Shown here one piece after another: positions 1-10,883 of a DNA stretch of 64,000 nt. Origin of the DNA: Minisyncoccota bacterium. Lineage in GTDB: Bacteria; Patescibacteriota; Minisyncoccia; Phycocordibacterales; XYD1-FULL-46-19. Where the stretch lies: the NCBI GenBank assembly GCA_041664425.1, contig JBAYKU010000002.1, positions 13,142-77,141 on the forward strand, read 5' to 3'. Within the stretch, counting starts at the first letter, position 1. The number at the start of each line of letters is the position of its first letter. The notes beneath the pieces are model-generated. The model made no database searches and was not told where the DNA came from. It worked only from the letters and a program-made list of their open reading frames with translations. The position numbers and the translations under genes are program-made.

Positions 1-1
1 T

Positions 2-1108
2 GCCGTTGACTCGTTATTTTTCCGTCGTGACTATCTCAACATCAACAATCCAGAAACGGGTGTTTTCTATGTCGAAGACAGTATTGGCGGTGTAAAAAGT
101 GTTAGTGATGAAGATCTCTCTCTCACTCTCCCAACACCGGGTGCCGTTGGTTCTCTGAGCTACAACAAGAACATCAAAACTAATACTGATCTTCCCAATC
201 TAGTTTTAAATGGTGCAACTAGTCTCCAGATTCCTTTGGGGGGCGTTTATACCGAGGCTGGTGCCTCTGCTTCTGATATTGTTGATGGTAATTTAACAAG
301 TTCGATTACTGTTACCAATGGCGTTAATACCAATAAATTAGGCAACTACGAAGTCACTTATGTGGTTTCTAATTCAGCTGGTTCTCAGGCTATTGGTCAA
401 CGAACGGTTTTTGTCCACAATAATTTAAGTGGTTTACCAGTCAATAATACTACTGATAAAAATGTCAATGTGGTGGTCGGAGGTGGTTCGTATTATCGAT
501 ACCAAATTGACAACGAAAATGTCTCTGAAACTCAAAGTATTGTAGCGTCCTCCACTATATCACTACTCGATCTATCGTCGGGAGAACATATTTTGCGGGT
601 TTGGGGTAGAAATACAGGTGAAGACTTTTTGCAAACAACTCCCTATGTTCATATTTGGGTAATTAGGGATTCATCAGCCTCTTCTGGTGGTGCAGGCGCT
701 GGCGGTGGAAGTGGAGGTTCCAGTATCAGCTCGGTTAGTTCTAGTGATGTCAATCTTTTGTCAAAAGAAGGTTTGGTGTCAGAAGTTGCCTCTACTAGCG
801 GTAAAGTCTTGGGCGCCAAGGTTTATCAGTTTAATCGAATATTGAGACTTGGTTCCAAAGGGGATGATGTTAAACTTTTGCAGTTTTTGTTGATTAAACA
901 GAAGGTCGGTAAATCGGCTCTGGCTTTAGCCAAAAATGGTATCACCGGCTATTATGGCCCAATGACAGAAAGCGCTATGCGTGATTATGCTAAGAAAAAC
1001 CAGTTAAAGCCGGCTAATGGTATATTAAACAAATTTGTTAGAGATCACTTCCAAAAATTAGGGAAAGAATTAAATATTTCTCTGTCCAAGATATCTTCAA
1101 AACAATAG
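2..1108 (+). CDS. Surface protein with a DUF5011-like Ig domain and a C-terminal peptidoglycan-binding (PG_binding_1-like) domain; 5' partial, frame open from window start
   Basis: Frame 2 has no stop from nt 2 to 1108. Motif NLVLNGATSLQIPLGGVYTEAGASASDIVDGNLT...YEVTYVVSNSAG is typical of DUF5011 Ig-like domains. A Gly/Ser linker follows, then C-terminal GDDVKLLQFLL...GITGYYGPMTESAMRDYAKKNQL resembling a peptidoglycan-binding domain. Confidence 0.6.
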   Translation, partial: AVDSLFFRRDYLNINNPETGVFYVEDSIGGVKSVSDEDLSLTLPTPGAVGSLSYNKNIKTNTDLPNLVLNGATSLQIPLGGVYTEAGASASDIVDGNLTSSITVTNGVNTNKLGNYEVTYVVSNSAGSQAIGQRTVFVHNNLSGLPVNNTTDKNVNVVVGGGSYYRYQIDNENVSETQSIVASSTISLLDLSSGEHILRVWGRNTGEDFLQTTPYVHIWVIRDSSASSGGAGAGGGSGGSSISSVSSSDVNLLSKEGLVSEVASTSGKVLGAKVYQFNRILRLGSKGDDVKLLQFLLIKQKVGKSALALAKNGITGYYGPMTESAMRDYAKKNQLKPANGILNKFVRDHFQKLGKELNISLSKISSKQ

Positions 1109-1149
1109 TTTGGTATATAATTTACAAATAATTAACAATAAATAAAAAA

Positions 1150-1596
1150 ATGAAAAACAACCGTCAAAAAGGCTTCAATTTCATTCCAGCCATTGTTATT
1201 CTAGCTGTCTTGCTGGCTTTGGGTTTCGGCGGTTATTATTACTACAGTAAAAATAACCAAAATCAAAGCGAGGATAAACAAATTGCCGCTTTAGAAAAAA
1301 AGATTGGTAAGCTGATTGTTTTACCAACAGGTGAAAAACCAATCTTAGCCACTATCAAAGATGCTGCCGCCTTGTCTGCTCAGCAACCCTTTTTTGCTGG
1401 AGCCCAGAACGGTGACAAACTCTTGGTTTATTCTCAGGCTCGTAAGGCTTTTATTTACAGCGAGACTACTGGTAAATTGGTAAATGTTGGTCCGATTGTC
1501 TACGATCAGAAAACTGGTTCAGCGATCTCAGATCAGGTTCAAACTACCAAAACAACAGTGACTAAGGTTGCGACTACTACCACTAAAAAGAAATAG
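1150..1596 (+). CDS. Hypothetical membrane-anchored protein (N-terminal TM helix, Thr/Lys-rich C-terminus)
   Basis: ORF with N-terminal hydrophobic helix IPAIVILAVLLALGFGGYYYY, followed by a hairpin terminator. Confidence 0.5.
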   Translation: MKNNRQKGFNFIPAIVILAVLLALGFGGYYYYSKNNQNQSEDKQIAALEKKIGKLIVLPTGEKPILATIKDAAALSAQQPFFAGAQNGDKLLVYSQARKAFIYSETTGKLVNVGPIVYDQKTGSAISDQVQTTKTTVTKVATTTTKKK

Positions 1597-1603
1597 TTTA
1601 GCA

Positions 1604-1630
1604 AAAACGGGCCACTGGCCCGTTTTTGCT
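1604..1630 (+). terminator. Rho-independent terminator
   Basis: aacgggcc-act-ggcccgtt hairpin followed by a T-run. Confidence 0.6.
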
Positions 1631-1652
1631 TTTAGGTTGAAATTTCGTTATA

Positions 1653-2372
1653 TTGGTAATCATTATGCGTTTACATCGTTTTATTGGTGATTGGGCTTTG
1701 GGTGAGGAGATGACTATCCGGGTAGTTGATACGGAGGTTTTATCTCAGGTCAAAAATGTTTTACGCCTCGGTCGAGGAGACCAAATAGTTTTGGCTGATG
1801 GTGGTGGACAGGAGGCCTTGGTCACTATTGCTGATTTTGGTCATGGTTATTTTGATACTAAGGTCGAAGAATATCGACCGGCTAAAACTGAAAGTGAGGC
1901 TGAGACGACCCTTTTTTGTGCTGTTTTGAAGAAAGAAAATTTTGAAGTGGTGGTCCAGAAGGCGACTGAGCTGGGGGTAAAAAAGATTGTGCCGATTATT
2001 ACCGAGCGGACCGTTAAACTAGGTTTACGTTTTGATCGTTTGGAGAAAATCGCTCGAGAGGCCAGTGAACAATCTGGTCGGGGTGTCGTGCCAGCTCTGT
2101 CTGAACCAGTAGAATTTTCGCTAGCTTTGGCCAACCTACCGACGGGGACCAAGACGATTGTCCTGGAAGAAACTGGGCAAGATTTTTCGACTGATATTTG
2201 GAACCAGGCTAAATCGCGAGCGATTTTTGTGGGACCGGAGGGTGGCTGGACCGAAGCCGAAATCAATCAGGCCAAAGCCAGAGGGATTGATTTGGTCAAA
2301 GTTTGTAATTTTACTTTGAGGGCAGAGACCGCGGCTGTCGTGGCTTCATTTCTATTAGGTCATGAAAATTAA
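1653..2372 (+). CDS. rsmE: 16S rRNA (uracil1498-N3)-methyltransferase RsmE
   Basis: Translation matches the RsmE/RNA_methyltr_RsmE family pattern (PUA-like N-terminus, C-terminal SPOUT fold, GPEGGW motif). Confidence 0.8.
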   Translation: MVIIMRLHRFIGDWALGEEMTIRVVDTEVLSQVKNVLRLGRGDQIVLADGGGQEALVTIADFGHGYFDTKVEEYRPAKTESEAETTLFCAVLKKENFEVVVQKATELGVKKIVPIITERTVKLGLRFDRLEKIAREASEQSGRGVVPALSEPVEFSLALANLPTGTKTIVLEETGQDFSTDIWNQAKSRAIFVGPEGGWTEAEINQAKARGIDLVKVCNFTLRAETAAVVASFLLGHEN

Positions 2373-3105
2373 TTCTCAGGATCGGGCTTGGTTGTTGCGA
2401 GATAAATATGCTGGCCTAGAAACGCCAGCCTTTTTAGCTGATGTTAAAAAAATAGAACAGGGCGAGCCGCTTGATTATGTCATTGGCTGGCGGGATTTTT
2501 TAGGTTGTCGGATAGATTTGTCGGAGCGGCCATTGATTCCGCGCGCGGAGACGGAGTTTTGGACGGAGTTAGTGATTAAAAAAATTGGTCAACAGCCGGC
2601 CAAGGTTTTAGATATTTTTGCTGGTTCTGGCTGTGTAGGTCTGGCTGTGCTCAAACATTGTCTGCAGGTCGAAGTCACTTTTGCTGACAGTGAGGAAAGT
2701 TGTCTGCGCCAGATTAGAAAAAACCGCGTAAAGCTTCGCCACGCGGCAAGTTTGGTAAAAATTATCAAATCAGATGTATTTTCTAATATAAAAAATAAGT
2801 TTGATTTTATTTTAGCCAATCCGCCTTATGTTCCAACTGTCGGGCGGGGGAGCCGGGTTCAAACTTCAGCTTCTAAATACGAACCAGCCACTGCCCTGTG
2901 GTCTGGCGCTGACGGCCTCGATATTATCCGGCGTTTTTTAACTGATGCCAAAAATCACCTCACTCCCACTGGTGAGATTTGGTTGGAATTTAGCGTGGGG
3001 CAAAAAACGAAAATCGAAAAACTCTTGCGAGAAAATGGCTATAAACAATGTCAATTTCATCGCGATCAATTTGGACGGTTCCGGTTTGTGGTGATAGGGG
3101 CTTAA
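2362..3105 (+). CDS. prmC: Release factor glutamine N5-methyltransferase PrmC/HemK
   Basis: NPPY motif (ILANPPYVP) and SAM-binding glycine-rich loop DIFAGSGCVGL. Start overlaps the rsmE stop. Confidence 0.8.
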   Translation: MKINSQDRAWLLRDKYAGLETPAFLADVKKIEQGEPLDYVIGWRDFLGCRIDLSERPLIPRAETEFWTELVIKKIGQQPAKVLDIFAGSGCVGLAVLKHCLQVEVTFADSEESCLRQIRKNRVKLRHAASLVKIIKSDVFSNIKNKFDFILANPPYVPTVGRGSRVQTSASKYEPATALWSGADGLDIIRRFLTDAKNHLTPTGEIWLEFSVGQKTKIEKLLRENGYKQCQFHRDQFGRFRFVVIGA

Positions 3106-3305
3106 AAGGTTGCTTTTTCTATACTTTATGTTATAATGTAATTAGAGGGTTATCTAGGGTCTTTGACCAAAGGAGAAGGAAAATGAATTTGGACTTGCGG
3201 CCGTTTAGTCGGCAGAAGAATCTGCTGGTGGCCATCACGATGTCACTCGATCGAGGGATTATTTTTTGATTGAATTTTAATCTAACAAAGTTTTGTTGTT
3301 GATAT

Positions 3306-4850
3306 CTAGCCAGCTATCAAACTCTGCCCCGTCATCTCTGTTGGTTGGGCAACTCCGAGAATTTCCAAAATCGTTGGCGTAACATCTTGCAAAGCACCGC
3401 CATCTTTTAATCCGATGTTTTTATAAGCTGGATCATCGCAAACTATAATCAAAGGCACTTTGTTGGCTGAGTGTTGAGTTTCCATCTGACCATCGGCGGT
3501 GAGCATTGATTCAACATTGCCATGATCAGCGGAAATAATTGCTAGACCATTCTTAGCTTTGGTGGCTTCGACCACTAGACCGACGGCTCGATCACATTCT
3601 TCGACCGCCTCGATGGCGGCGGCGATATTGCCGGTGTGGCCGACGATATCAGGGTTAGCGAAATTCATCATAATCAATTCATATTTGTCGGAATTGATTG
3701 CCTCAACGGCCGCTTGGGCGATATCTAGGGCGTGCATTTTAGGCGCGAGATCATAAGTAGCGATTTTGTCTGAGGAAATAAGTTTTCTGTCTTCACCTGG
3801 GAAAGGTTCTTCTCTCATGCCGGAGAAGATCGTGGTGACATAAATCCATTTTTCAGTTTCGGCCACGCGGAATTGTTTCAGACCAGCCTGGCTAACTATT
3901 TCTCCCATTGTATTTTTTGGTACATCTTTAGTAAAAGCTGAATCGGCTGGCATGGTATCGTAATATTTGAAAGTGCCGACAAATTTAATATCAAGTTTGG
4001 GGCCACGAGCAAAATCTTGGAAATCTGGTTCGATAAAAGCTTGAGTAATTTCAATTGAGCGGTCGGTACGGAAATTAACCCAGACCAAAGCGTCGCCGTT
4101 TTTTATTTGGCCAATTGGAGCGCCGGCCTCGTCGACAATGACAGTCGGTTTAATAAACTCATCAGTTTCTCCGCGAGTATAAGCCTGGTCGATAGCTTCG
4201 AGTGGGGAGGGGGCCGTAAAATCACCAACTCCGTCAACTAGCGCGCTATAACCTTTTTCCACTCTGTCCCAGCGATGATCGCGATCCATGATGAAGTATC
4301 GACCCATAACGGTGCCGACTTGACCAATGCCAAATTTAGCAAAAGTATTTTCTAGTCGAGTGAGATAAGTTTTGGCCTCGTCTGGTCTGGTATCGCGCCC
4401 GTCAGAAATAAAATGAACTATGACTTTGGTTAGGCCATTTTTGGCGGCCATTTCAATCAGGGCAAAAGTCAGTTCGTCATAATTATGAACACCTTTGTCA
4501 GACATTAAACCAGCGAGATGAAGAGTAGAATTATTCTTTTTAGCAAAATCAATGGCGCTTTGATAAGCCGGATTACTAAAAATCTCACCCGAAGAAATAG
4601 CCTGTTCGACTTGGCCCTGGGGTAAATAAACATTGCGACCAGCACCAATAATCAAGTGACCGATCTCACTCGATCCCTGGTGGCCGTCTGGTAGACCGAT
4701 AGCTTCGCCCCCAGCGCCTATTTCAGTATGCGGATAATTGGCCCAAAGAGCGTTCATGTTGGGTGTTTGGGCGAGACTAATGGCGTTACCTGGTCCAGCT
4801 GGCGCTAAGCCCCAGCCATCTAAAATAATATAAACAAGTGGTTTTTTCAT
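3306..4850 (-). CDS. gpmI: 2,3-bisphosphoglycerate-independent phosphoglycerate mutase
   Basis: 514-aa translation with iPGM hallmarks (N-terminal YIILDGWG, SDGRDT, metal-binding ADHGN). Confidence 0.9.
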   Translation of the reverse strand: MKKPLVYIILDGWGLAPAGPGNAISLAQTPNMNALWANYPHTEIGAGGEAIGLPDGHQGSSEIGHLIIGAGRNVYLPQGQVEQAISSGEIFSNPAYQSAIDFAKKNNSTLHLAGLMSDKGVHNYDELTFALIEMAAKNGLTKVIVHFISDGRDTRPDEAKTYLTRLENTFAKFGIGQVGTVMGRYFIMDRDHRWDRVEKGYSALVDGVGDFTAPSPLEAIDQAYTRGETDEFIKPTVIVDEAGAPIGQIKNGDALVWVNFRTDRSIEITQAFIEPDFQDFARGPKLDIKFVGTFKYYDTMPADSAFTKDVPKNTMGEIVSQAGLKQFRVAETEKWIYVTTIFSGMREEPFPGEDRKLISSDKIATYDLAPKMHALDIAQAAVEAINSDKYELIMMNFANPDIVGHTGNIAAAIEAVEECDRAVGLVVEATKAKNGLAIISADHGNVESMLTADGQMETQHSANKVPLIIVCDDPAYKNIGLKDGGALQDVTPTILEILGVAQPTEMTGQSLIAG

Positions 4851-5104
4851 TTACCCTGTTGAATAAATTTTAAATTAATAATCTTCCTGTCAATATCGTA
4901 ATACTACTATAAAAGTATGTTTTTTAGAATTTTTTGATAATTTTCAGTAATTTAAAATTAAAATTTGTAAACAAATTTTTATTCAATAGGGTGAATTATA
5001 AGCGGTTAAGCTCTTTTGTGTATTTGATTTATTTACCCATATATGTTATAATAGAGGAAGATAAGAGTTGTCGATAATCGATGACTTCAATTAGGAGAAG
5101 GTCC

Positions 5105-5395
5105 ATGAAGAACGGAAACATCGTGAGATTGTTTGATCGGGTGACATCCCCTGAAGATGTTGCCCCGTTTGAATCGAGATGTTGTCTTTTGTTAGCCGTG
5201 ATCCTGGCAGCTCATGACCATCGGACTTTCAGGCCGGATTTTGCCCTCGGTGTCCCAGGCGACACCAACATCACCCAGCGCCACTTGGACTGGTTGGTGG
5301 AGCAAGGTTACATCCAGCCAATAATGGAAGGCCGGATGTTTCGGGTCACAGACGAAGGTTGTGCCTGGGTGTTTAAAGACAATCCTTCTGAGTGA
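5105..5395 (+). CDS. Hypothetical small protein, possibly a winged-helix DNA-binding protein; locally GC-rich
   Basis: AGGAGAAGG RBS 5 nt upstream of the ATG at 5105; the ORF-track start at 5081 lacks an RBS. Strong bidirectional terminator downstream. C-terminal HLDWLVEQGYIQPIMEGRMFRVTDEG resembles a wing/recognition-helix segment. GC content is visibly higher than flanking DNA. Confidence 0.45.
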   Translation: MKNGNIVRLFDRVTSPEDVAPFESRCCLLLAVILAAHDHRTFRPDFALGVPGDTNITQRHLDWLVEQGYIQPIMEGRMFRVTDEGCAWVFKDNPSE

Positions 5396-5406
5396 AAGAA
5401 AAAGAA

Positions 5407-5458
5407 CGGGCGAGTTTCCGACAGGAACCTCGCCCGTAACCATTTTAATTTTTTTTGA
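5407..5458. terminator. Bidirectional rho-independent terminator shared by the 5105 ORF and eno
   Basis: cgggcgag...ctcgcccg stem with T-runs on both strands. Confidence 0.65.
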
Positions 5459-5460
5459 AC

Positions 5461-6753
<1,293 letters not shown>

Positions 6754-6942
6754 TTAAATTACTAAAGGAAAGTATAACACTAAACTAATTTTTATGTTTT
6801 TCCAAATCGGTATTGTGGACATCGGTAATAGCCAAAACTGTTAAATAGTGGTAAAATAGCCTTGAAAGAAGGGCTTATCTGCCAACGTAGTAAAAAAATG
6901 TGGGCCCGATGCCCATTTTTGTTGTTTTAACCAATTGAATCT

Positions 6943-8133
6943 ATGACCAATTTTTATAATTATTTTCTTCACGTTATCACTTTGATTGAACCAAAGGACT
7001 TTTTGGATGTGGCTATTGTGGCGGGTTTGATTTATGTGGTGATGATTTTTGTCCGCCAGACTCGTACCTACCTAGTTTTTTATGCCCTGGCTTTGTTGGC
7101 GGGAATTTATTTTTTATCTACTCGGTTTGACCTCGGTTTGACCCGTCAGATTTTTCAGCCTATCCTAACTTTTTCTTTTTTCCTCCTGGCGATTGTTTTT
7201 CAGCGTGATTTGCGTCGGTTTTTTGATTGGTTTTTTATTTCTGGTCGCAAACTGGTTTGGGAACGTAAAAAAGCTTTAACCAATGAAGTTTCAATCTCGG
7301 TGACCAAGGCGATTGGTATTATGGCAAAAAATAAAATCGGGGCCCTGATTGTTTTTCCTGGTGATTACCCGCTCGATTCTTTGATTGAAGGTGGCTGGGG
7401 TTTGGATGGTCGCATTAGTTCAACCTTACTTTTGAGTATTTTTGATCATCACAGTCCTGGTCATGATGGCGCGGTTATTATTGAAAATAATCGTCTGCGT
7501 CGTTTTGGTGTTCATTTACCTTTGGCTGAAAACTATCAAGGTTGGCATCAGGCGGGGACTCGTCATCGGGCGGGAGTTGGTATCACCGAACGCTCTGATG
7601 CACTGTCGGTGATTGTGTCGGAAGAGCGGGGAGAGATTTCGGTGGCTGAAAATGGCAAATTGAGAAAAATATCCTCCATTGATGAATTAAACCCCATTAT
7701 TGCTGATCACTTGAAGGAGAGCATTCATTTGACGACTGGTTTCTGGCACTACTTCTTGGCTCGTAATACCTGGGTAAAATTAACAGCCATTGTTTTAGCT
7801 GGATTTTTCTGGTTTATTTTGGCTTTTTCTGGTGGCACCGTGACCCAAACTATTGATGTGCCAATAGAGACTCGCTTATTGACCAACAATCTACAGGTAG
7901 AACAAGTCAATCCGCAAGATGTTAAAGTGACAGTGACTGGTAGTGATCGAGATTTGCGCAATTTTGATTCTCGCCAAATAAAAGCCACTATTGATTTGAC
8001 TGAGGCTCAGGTTGGTTGGCAAGAATACCAAATTACTAAAGACAGTATCTCCTATCCGTCATATCTTAAATTGATAAAGATTTCTCCGGAGACTGTTAAA
8101 ATTACCATTCATAAAAATGTCGAAAATAATTAA
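6943..8133 (+). CDS. cdaA: Diadenylate cyclase CdaA fused to a C-terminal YbbR-like (CdaR-type) domain
   Basis: Three N-terminal TM helices. DAC-domain motifs DGA (HDGAVIIENNRL) and RHR (GTRHRAGVG). A further TM helix follows, then about 120 aa with YbbR-like beta-rich character. Confidence 0.75.
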   Translation: MTNFYNYFLHVITLIEPKDFLDVAIVAGLIYVVMIFVRQTRTYLVFYALALLAGIYFLSTRFDLGLTRQIFQPILTFSFFLLAIVFQRDLRRFFDWFFISGRKLVWERKKALTNEVSISVTKAIGIMAKNKIGALIVFPGDYPLDSLIEGGWGLDGRISSTLLLSIFDHHSPGHDGAVIIENNRLRRFGVHLPLAENYQGWHQAGTRHRAGVGITERSDALSVIVSEERGEISVAENGKLRKISSIDELNPIIADHLKESIHLTTGFWHYFLARNTWVKLTAIVLAGFFWFILAFSGGTVTQTIDVPIETRLLTNNLQVEQVNPQDVKVTVTGSDRDLRNFDSRQIKATIDLTEAQVGWQEYQITKDSISYPSYLKLIKISPETVKITIHKNVENN

Positions 8134-8195
8134 TAATAGATAATAATTAATAAATCCACCAAGATTTTAAAAAATCTAAGTGGACAAGGAAAATT

Positions 8196-9032
8196 ATGAC
8201 TAATAACGAAAAAATTAAAATTGGTGTCTGGATTGCAAAGGGGGTGGCGATGATTTTAGTAGCAGTGGCCGCTTTTATCTACGCTGGTTCCTATGCAGAT
8301 TCGATTGCCAATATGTCGCCTTCGATCAATGTTTCTGGAATTGGTAAGGTTGTCGCTAAGCCTGATGTGGCTCGGTTTACTTTAACCATCCAAACAGAGG
8401 GAGGAAAGGATATCGCCGCTCTACGCAAGATCAATGATGATAGTAGTAATAAAATCGTTGATTTTTTGAAGAAAAGCGGTGTGCCTAAAGAAGATATTAA
8501 AACTACTAACTATTCGATGACTCCTCGTTATCAAAATTTTAGTTGTCGCAATGTGCCGGTGCCTCAAATGGTTGAAACCAATACGATGATGGCGTCAGCT
8601 CCCTATATTGGTACCCAAGTTTGTCCACCGTCTGAAGTCGTGGGTTATACTTTCAACAACACTATTGAGGTGACTGTGAGAGATTTTGAAAAGAAAGATG
8701 TCACGGGTTTGTTGGCTGGAGTGGTCAAAAATGGGGCTACTAGAGTTTCGCAATTGCGTTTTGAGCTCGATGATCCTTCTGTCGCCAGATCCTTAGCCAA
8801 AGCTGAGGCTATTAAAAAAGCTCAGGCCGAAGCCAAACGCTTGGCCAAAGAGAGTGGTATTTCTCTGGGCCGGATTCTTTCGATTGATGAAAGTGGCAGC
8901 CCAATGTATTACTCAACGAAATCTAGTTTAGGTATGGGTGGTGAAGTTTCAGCTGTTGATACGGCTCCTGCGATTGAAGCTGGCTCTCAGGATATCTCTG
9001 TGACCGTCAATGTTCGTTACGCTTTGAAGTAA
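8196..9032 (+). CDS. SIMPL/DUF541 family protein (BP26/YggE-like periplasmic protein)
   Basis: Signal/TM at the N-terminus and SIMPL-like pattern (INVSGIGKVVAKPDVARFTLTIQTEG ... ISVTVNVRYAL). Confidence 0.7.
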   Translation: MTNNEKIKIGVWIAKGVAMILVAVAAFIYAGSYADSIANMSPSINVSGIGKVVAKPDVARFTLTIQTEGGKDIAALRKINDDSSNKIVDFLKKSGVPKEDIKTTNYSMTPRYQNFSCRNVPVPQMVETNTMMASAPYIGTQVCPPSEVVGYTFNNTIEVTVRDFEKKDVTGLLAGVVKNGATRVSQLRFELDDPSVARSLAKAEAIKKAQAEAKRLAKESGISLGRILSIDESGSPMYYSTKSSLGMGGEVSAVDTAPAIEAGSQDISVTVNVRYALK

Positions 9033-9043
9033 AATTTTAAAAA

Positions 9044-9082
9044 CTCCCCCGCGCGCTTTCGGGCGCGCGGGGGAGTTTTTTG
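9044..9082 (+). terminator. Rho-independent terminator
   Basis: Perfect 13-bp GC-rich stem ctcccccgcgcgc/gcgcgcgggggag followed by TTTTTT. Confidence 0.85.
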
Positions 9083-9140
9083 TTCAAAAAACGGCTTTAA
9101 ACTTGATTTTTAGCCACAATTGAGCTAAAATTGCCTTTCT

Positions 9141-10559
9141 ATGTATATCAAAAAAACTAAAATCGTTGCGACCATTGGTCCGGCAACAGAGAGTGTAGAA
9201 ATGTTAGAAAAATTATTTCACCAAGGGGTTAATGTGGTTCGCCTAAATTTTTCTCATGGGGATTTCGAAGAGCATGGTGGTCGCATCACTCGTACCAGAG
9301 CTATCAGTCAAAAACTAGATATTCCCGTGGCTATTTTACAAGACCTATCTGGCCCTAAAATCAGAATTGGTGAATTTTATCAGGAGCGGGTAATTTTGCC
9401 TGAGGGAGGAAAGTTTATGTTGACGACTGAGAAAATCGTGGGGGATGAAACGAAAGCCTACGTTAATTACGAAAAATTACCCAGTGAAGTCAAGGCTGGT
9501 CAGATTATTTTTCTCGATGATGGCAAGAAAAAGCTGATAGTAGAAAAAGTGGCTGGCGAAAAAGTTCATTGTAAAATTTTAGTGGGTGGCGAATGTAAGG
9601 GTCGGCGAGGAGTCAATGTCCCAGGCGCTTATCTTTCCATCAGCTGTCTAACCGATAAGGATAAAAAAGATTTACAATTTGGTATCAAGCAAGGGGTTGA
9701 TTATATGGCTTTGTCTTTTGTCCGTCGACCAGACGATGTCCGAGAATTGCGGGAAATTTTAAAGAAAAATAAAGCCAGTGATATTAAAATAATTTCCAAG
9801 ATTGAAACTCAGGAGGCGATTGATAATATTGATGAAATTTTAGAAGTCTCTGATGGCCTAATGGTGGCTCGTGGTGATTTGGCGATTGAGATCCCGGCGG
9901 AACAAGTGCCATTTTGGCAGAAGTCGATGATTAAAAAAGCCAACAAAGTGGGCAAGCCGGTGATTACTGCCACTCAGATGTTGGAATCAATGATTAGTTC
10001 ACCTGTGCCAACTCGGGCTGAAGTCTCCGATGTGGCTAACGCGATTTTTGATGGTACTGATGCTGTGATGTTGTCCGAAGAAACCACCCTTGGCCGTTAT
10101 CCATTGCAAGCAATTGAAGTGATGTATCGAGTGGCGGTTCATACTGAAAAAACCCGCGATGCTGGTCATTTTCTCACTCGCGAACATCTCTGTTCCAAAG
10201 ATCTCCAAGACTCTTTGGCTTATGCGGCCATTAATATTGCCCGTGAGACTTGTGCGACCGCTTTGGTAGCTTATACCACCACTGGCCGAACCCCACGCTT
10301 TTTGTCTCGTTATCGACCAGAAACTCCGTTGTTTATTTTGACTGACAACCAAAAAACTTATAATCAAATGGCTCTCGGTTTTGCCTGTTATCCGATTTTG
10401 ACGACCGAGCCGGAATCTTTGCAAAATTTTGGTGAGGTGGCGAGAAAAATGTTGTTAGCAAAGAAACTAGTGAAAAAAGGTGAGACCGTTATTCTCATCA
10501 CTGGATTACCTTTGGGTGGTAAAAGTGGCGCCAACATGGTTTTTGCTGAAAAGATTTAA
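9141..10559 (+). CDS. pyk: Pyruvate kinase
   Basis: TKIVATIGPA, MVARGDLAIEIP and the C-terminal regulatory domain. Confidence 0.9.
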   Translation: MYIKKTKIVATIGPATESVEMLEKLFHQGVNVVRLNFSHGDFEEHGGRITRTRAISQKLDIPVAILQDLSGPKIRIGEFYQERVILPEGGKFMLTTEKIVGDETKAYVNYEKLPSEVKAGQIIFLDDGKKKLIVEKVAGEKVHCKILVGGECKGRRGVNVPGAYLSISCLTDKDKKDLQFGIKQGVDYMALSFVRRPDDVRELREILKKNKASDIKIISKIETQEAIDNIDEILEVSDGLMVARGDLAIEIPAEQVPFWQKSMIKKANKVGKPVITATQMLESMISSPVPTRAEVSDVANAIFDGTDAVMLSEETTLGRYPLQAIEVMYRVAVHTEKTRDAGHFLTREHLCSKDLQDSLAYAAINIARETCATALVAYTTTGRTPRFLSRYRPETPLFILTDNQKTYNQMALGFACYPILTTEPESLQNFGEVARKMLLAKKLVKKGETVILITGLPLGGKSGANMVFAEKI

Positions 10560-10579
10560 AAAAGCGGTACAATTAAAAT

Positions 10580-10801
10580 ATGTATCTAAAAATTCGGGCG
10601 GTACCCGATGCTAAAAAAGATTTGATTGAAGTCTTGTCGGCCGATACTTGGAAGGTGTCGGTTAAGGATCCAGCTGAGAGAAATCTGGCTAATCAAAAAA
10701 TCATTGAGTTGGTAGCGGTCAAACTCGGGCTGACCGTCAAACAGGTTCGGATTGTTAGTGGACATCAAAGTCCGAGTAAAATCTTGTCTTTACCAGACTA
10801 G
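10580..10801 (+). CDS. DUF167 (YggU-like) protein
   Basis: 73 aa matching the DUF167 pattern (V.P.AKK..I......KV.V..PAE.N.AN..I..L.A..LG...K.V.IVSG..S..K). Confidence 0.65.
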   Translation: MYLKIRAVPDAKKDLIEVLSADTWKVSVKDPAERNLANQKIIELVAVKLGLTVKQVRIVSGHQSPSKILSLPD

Positions 10802-10883
10802 CTTTTTGTTTGTAAAAAATAAGTGATATAATTAAACCAATAAGGTGTGGGTCGGGATTACTAGTTTTTAATAAACGAAATCC

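Noticed and set aside
1847-2266. 139-aa ORF antisense within rsmE
   Set aside because: It lies entirely inside a well-supported CDS on the opposite strand. It has no RBS and its composition is low-complexity (Ser/Thr/Arg-rich), the typical shadow ORF of a GC-skewed coding region.
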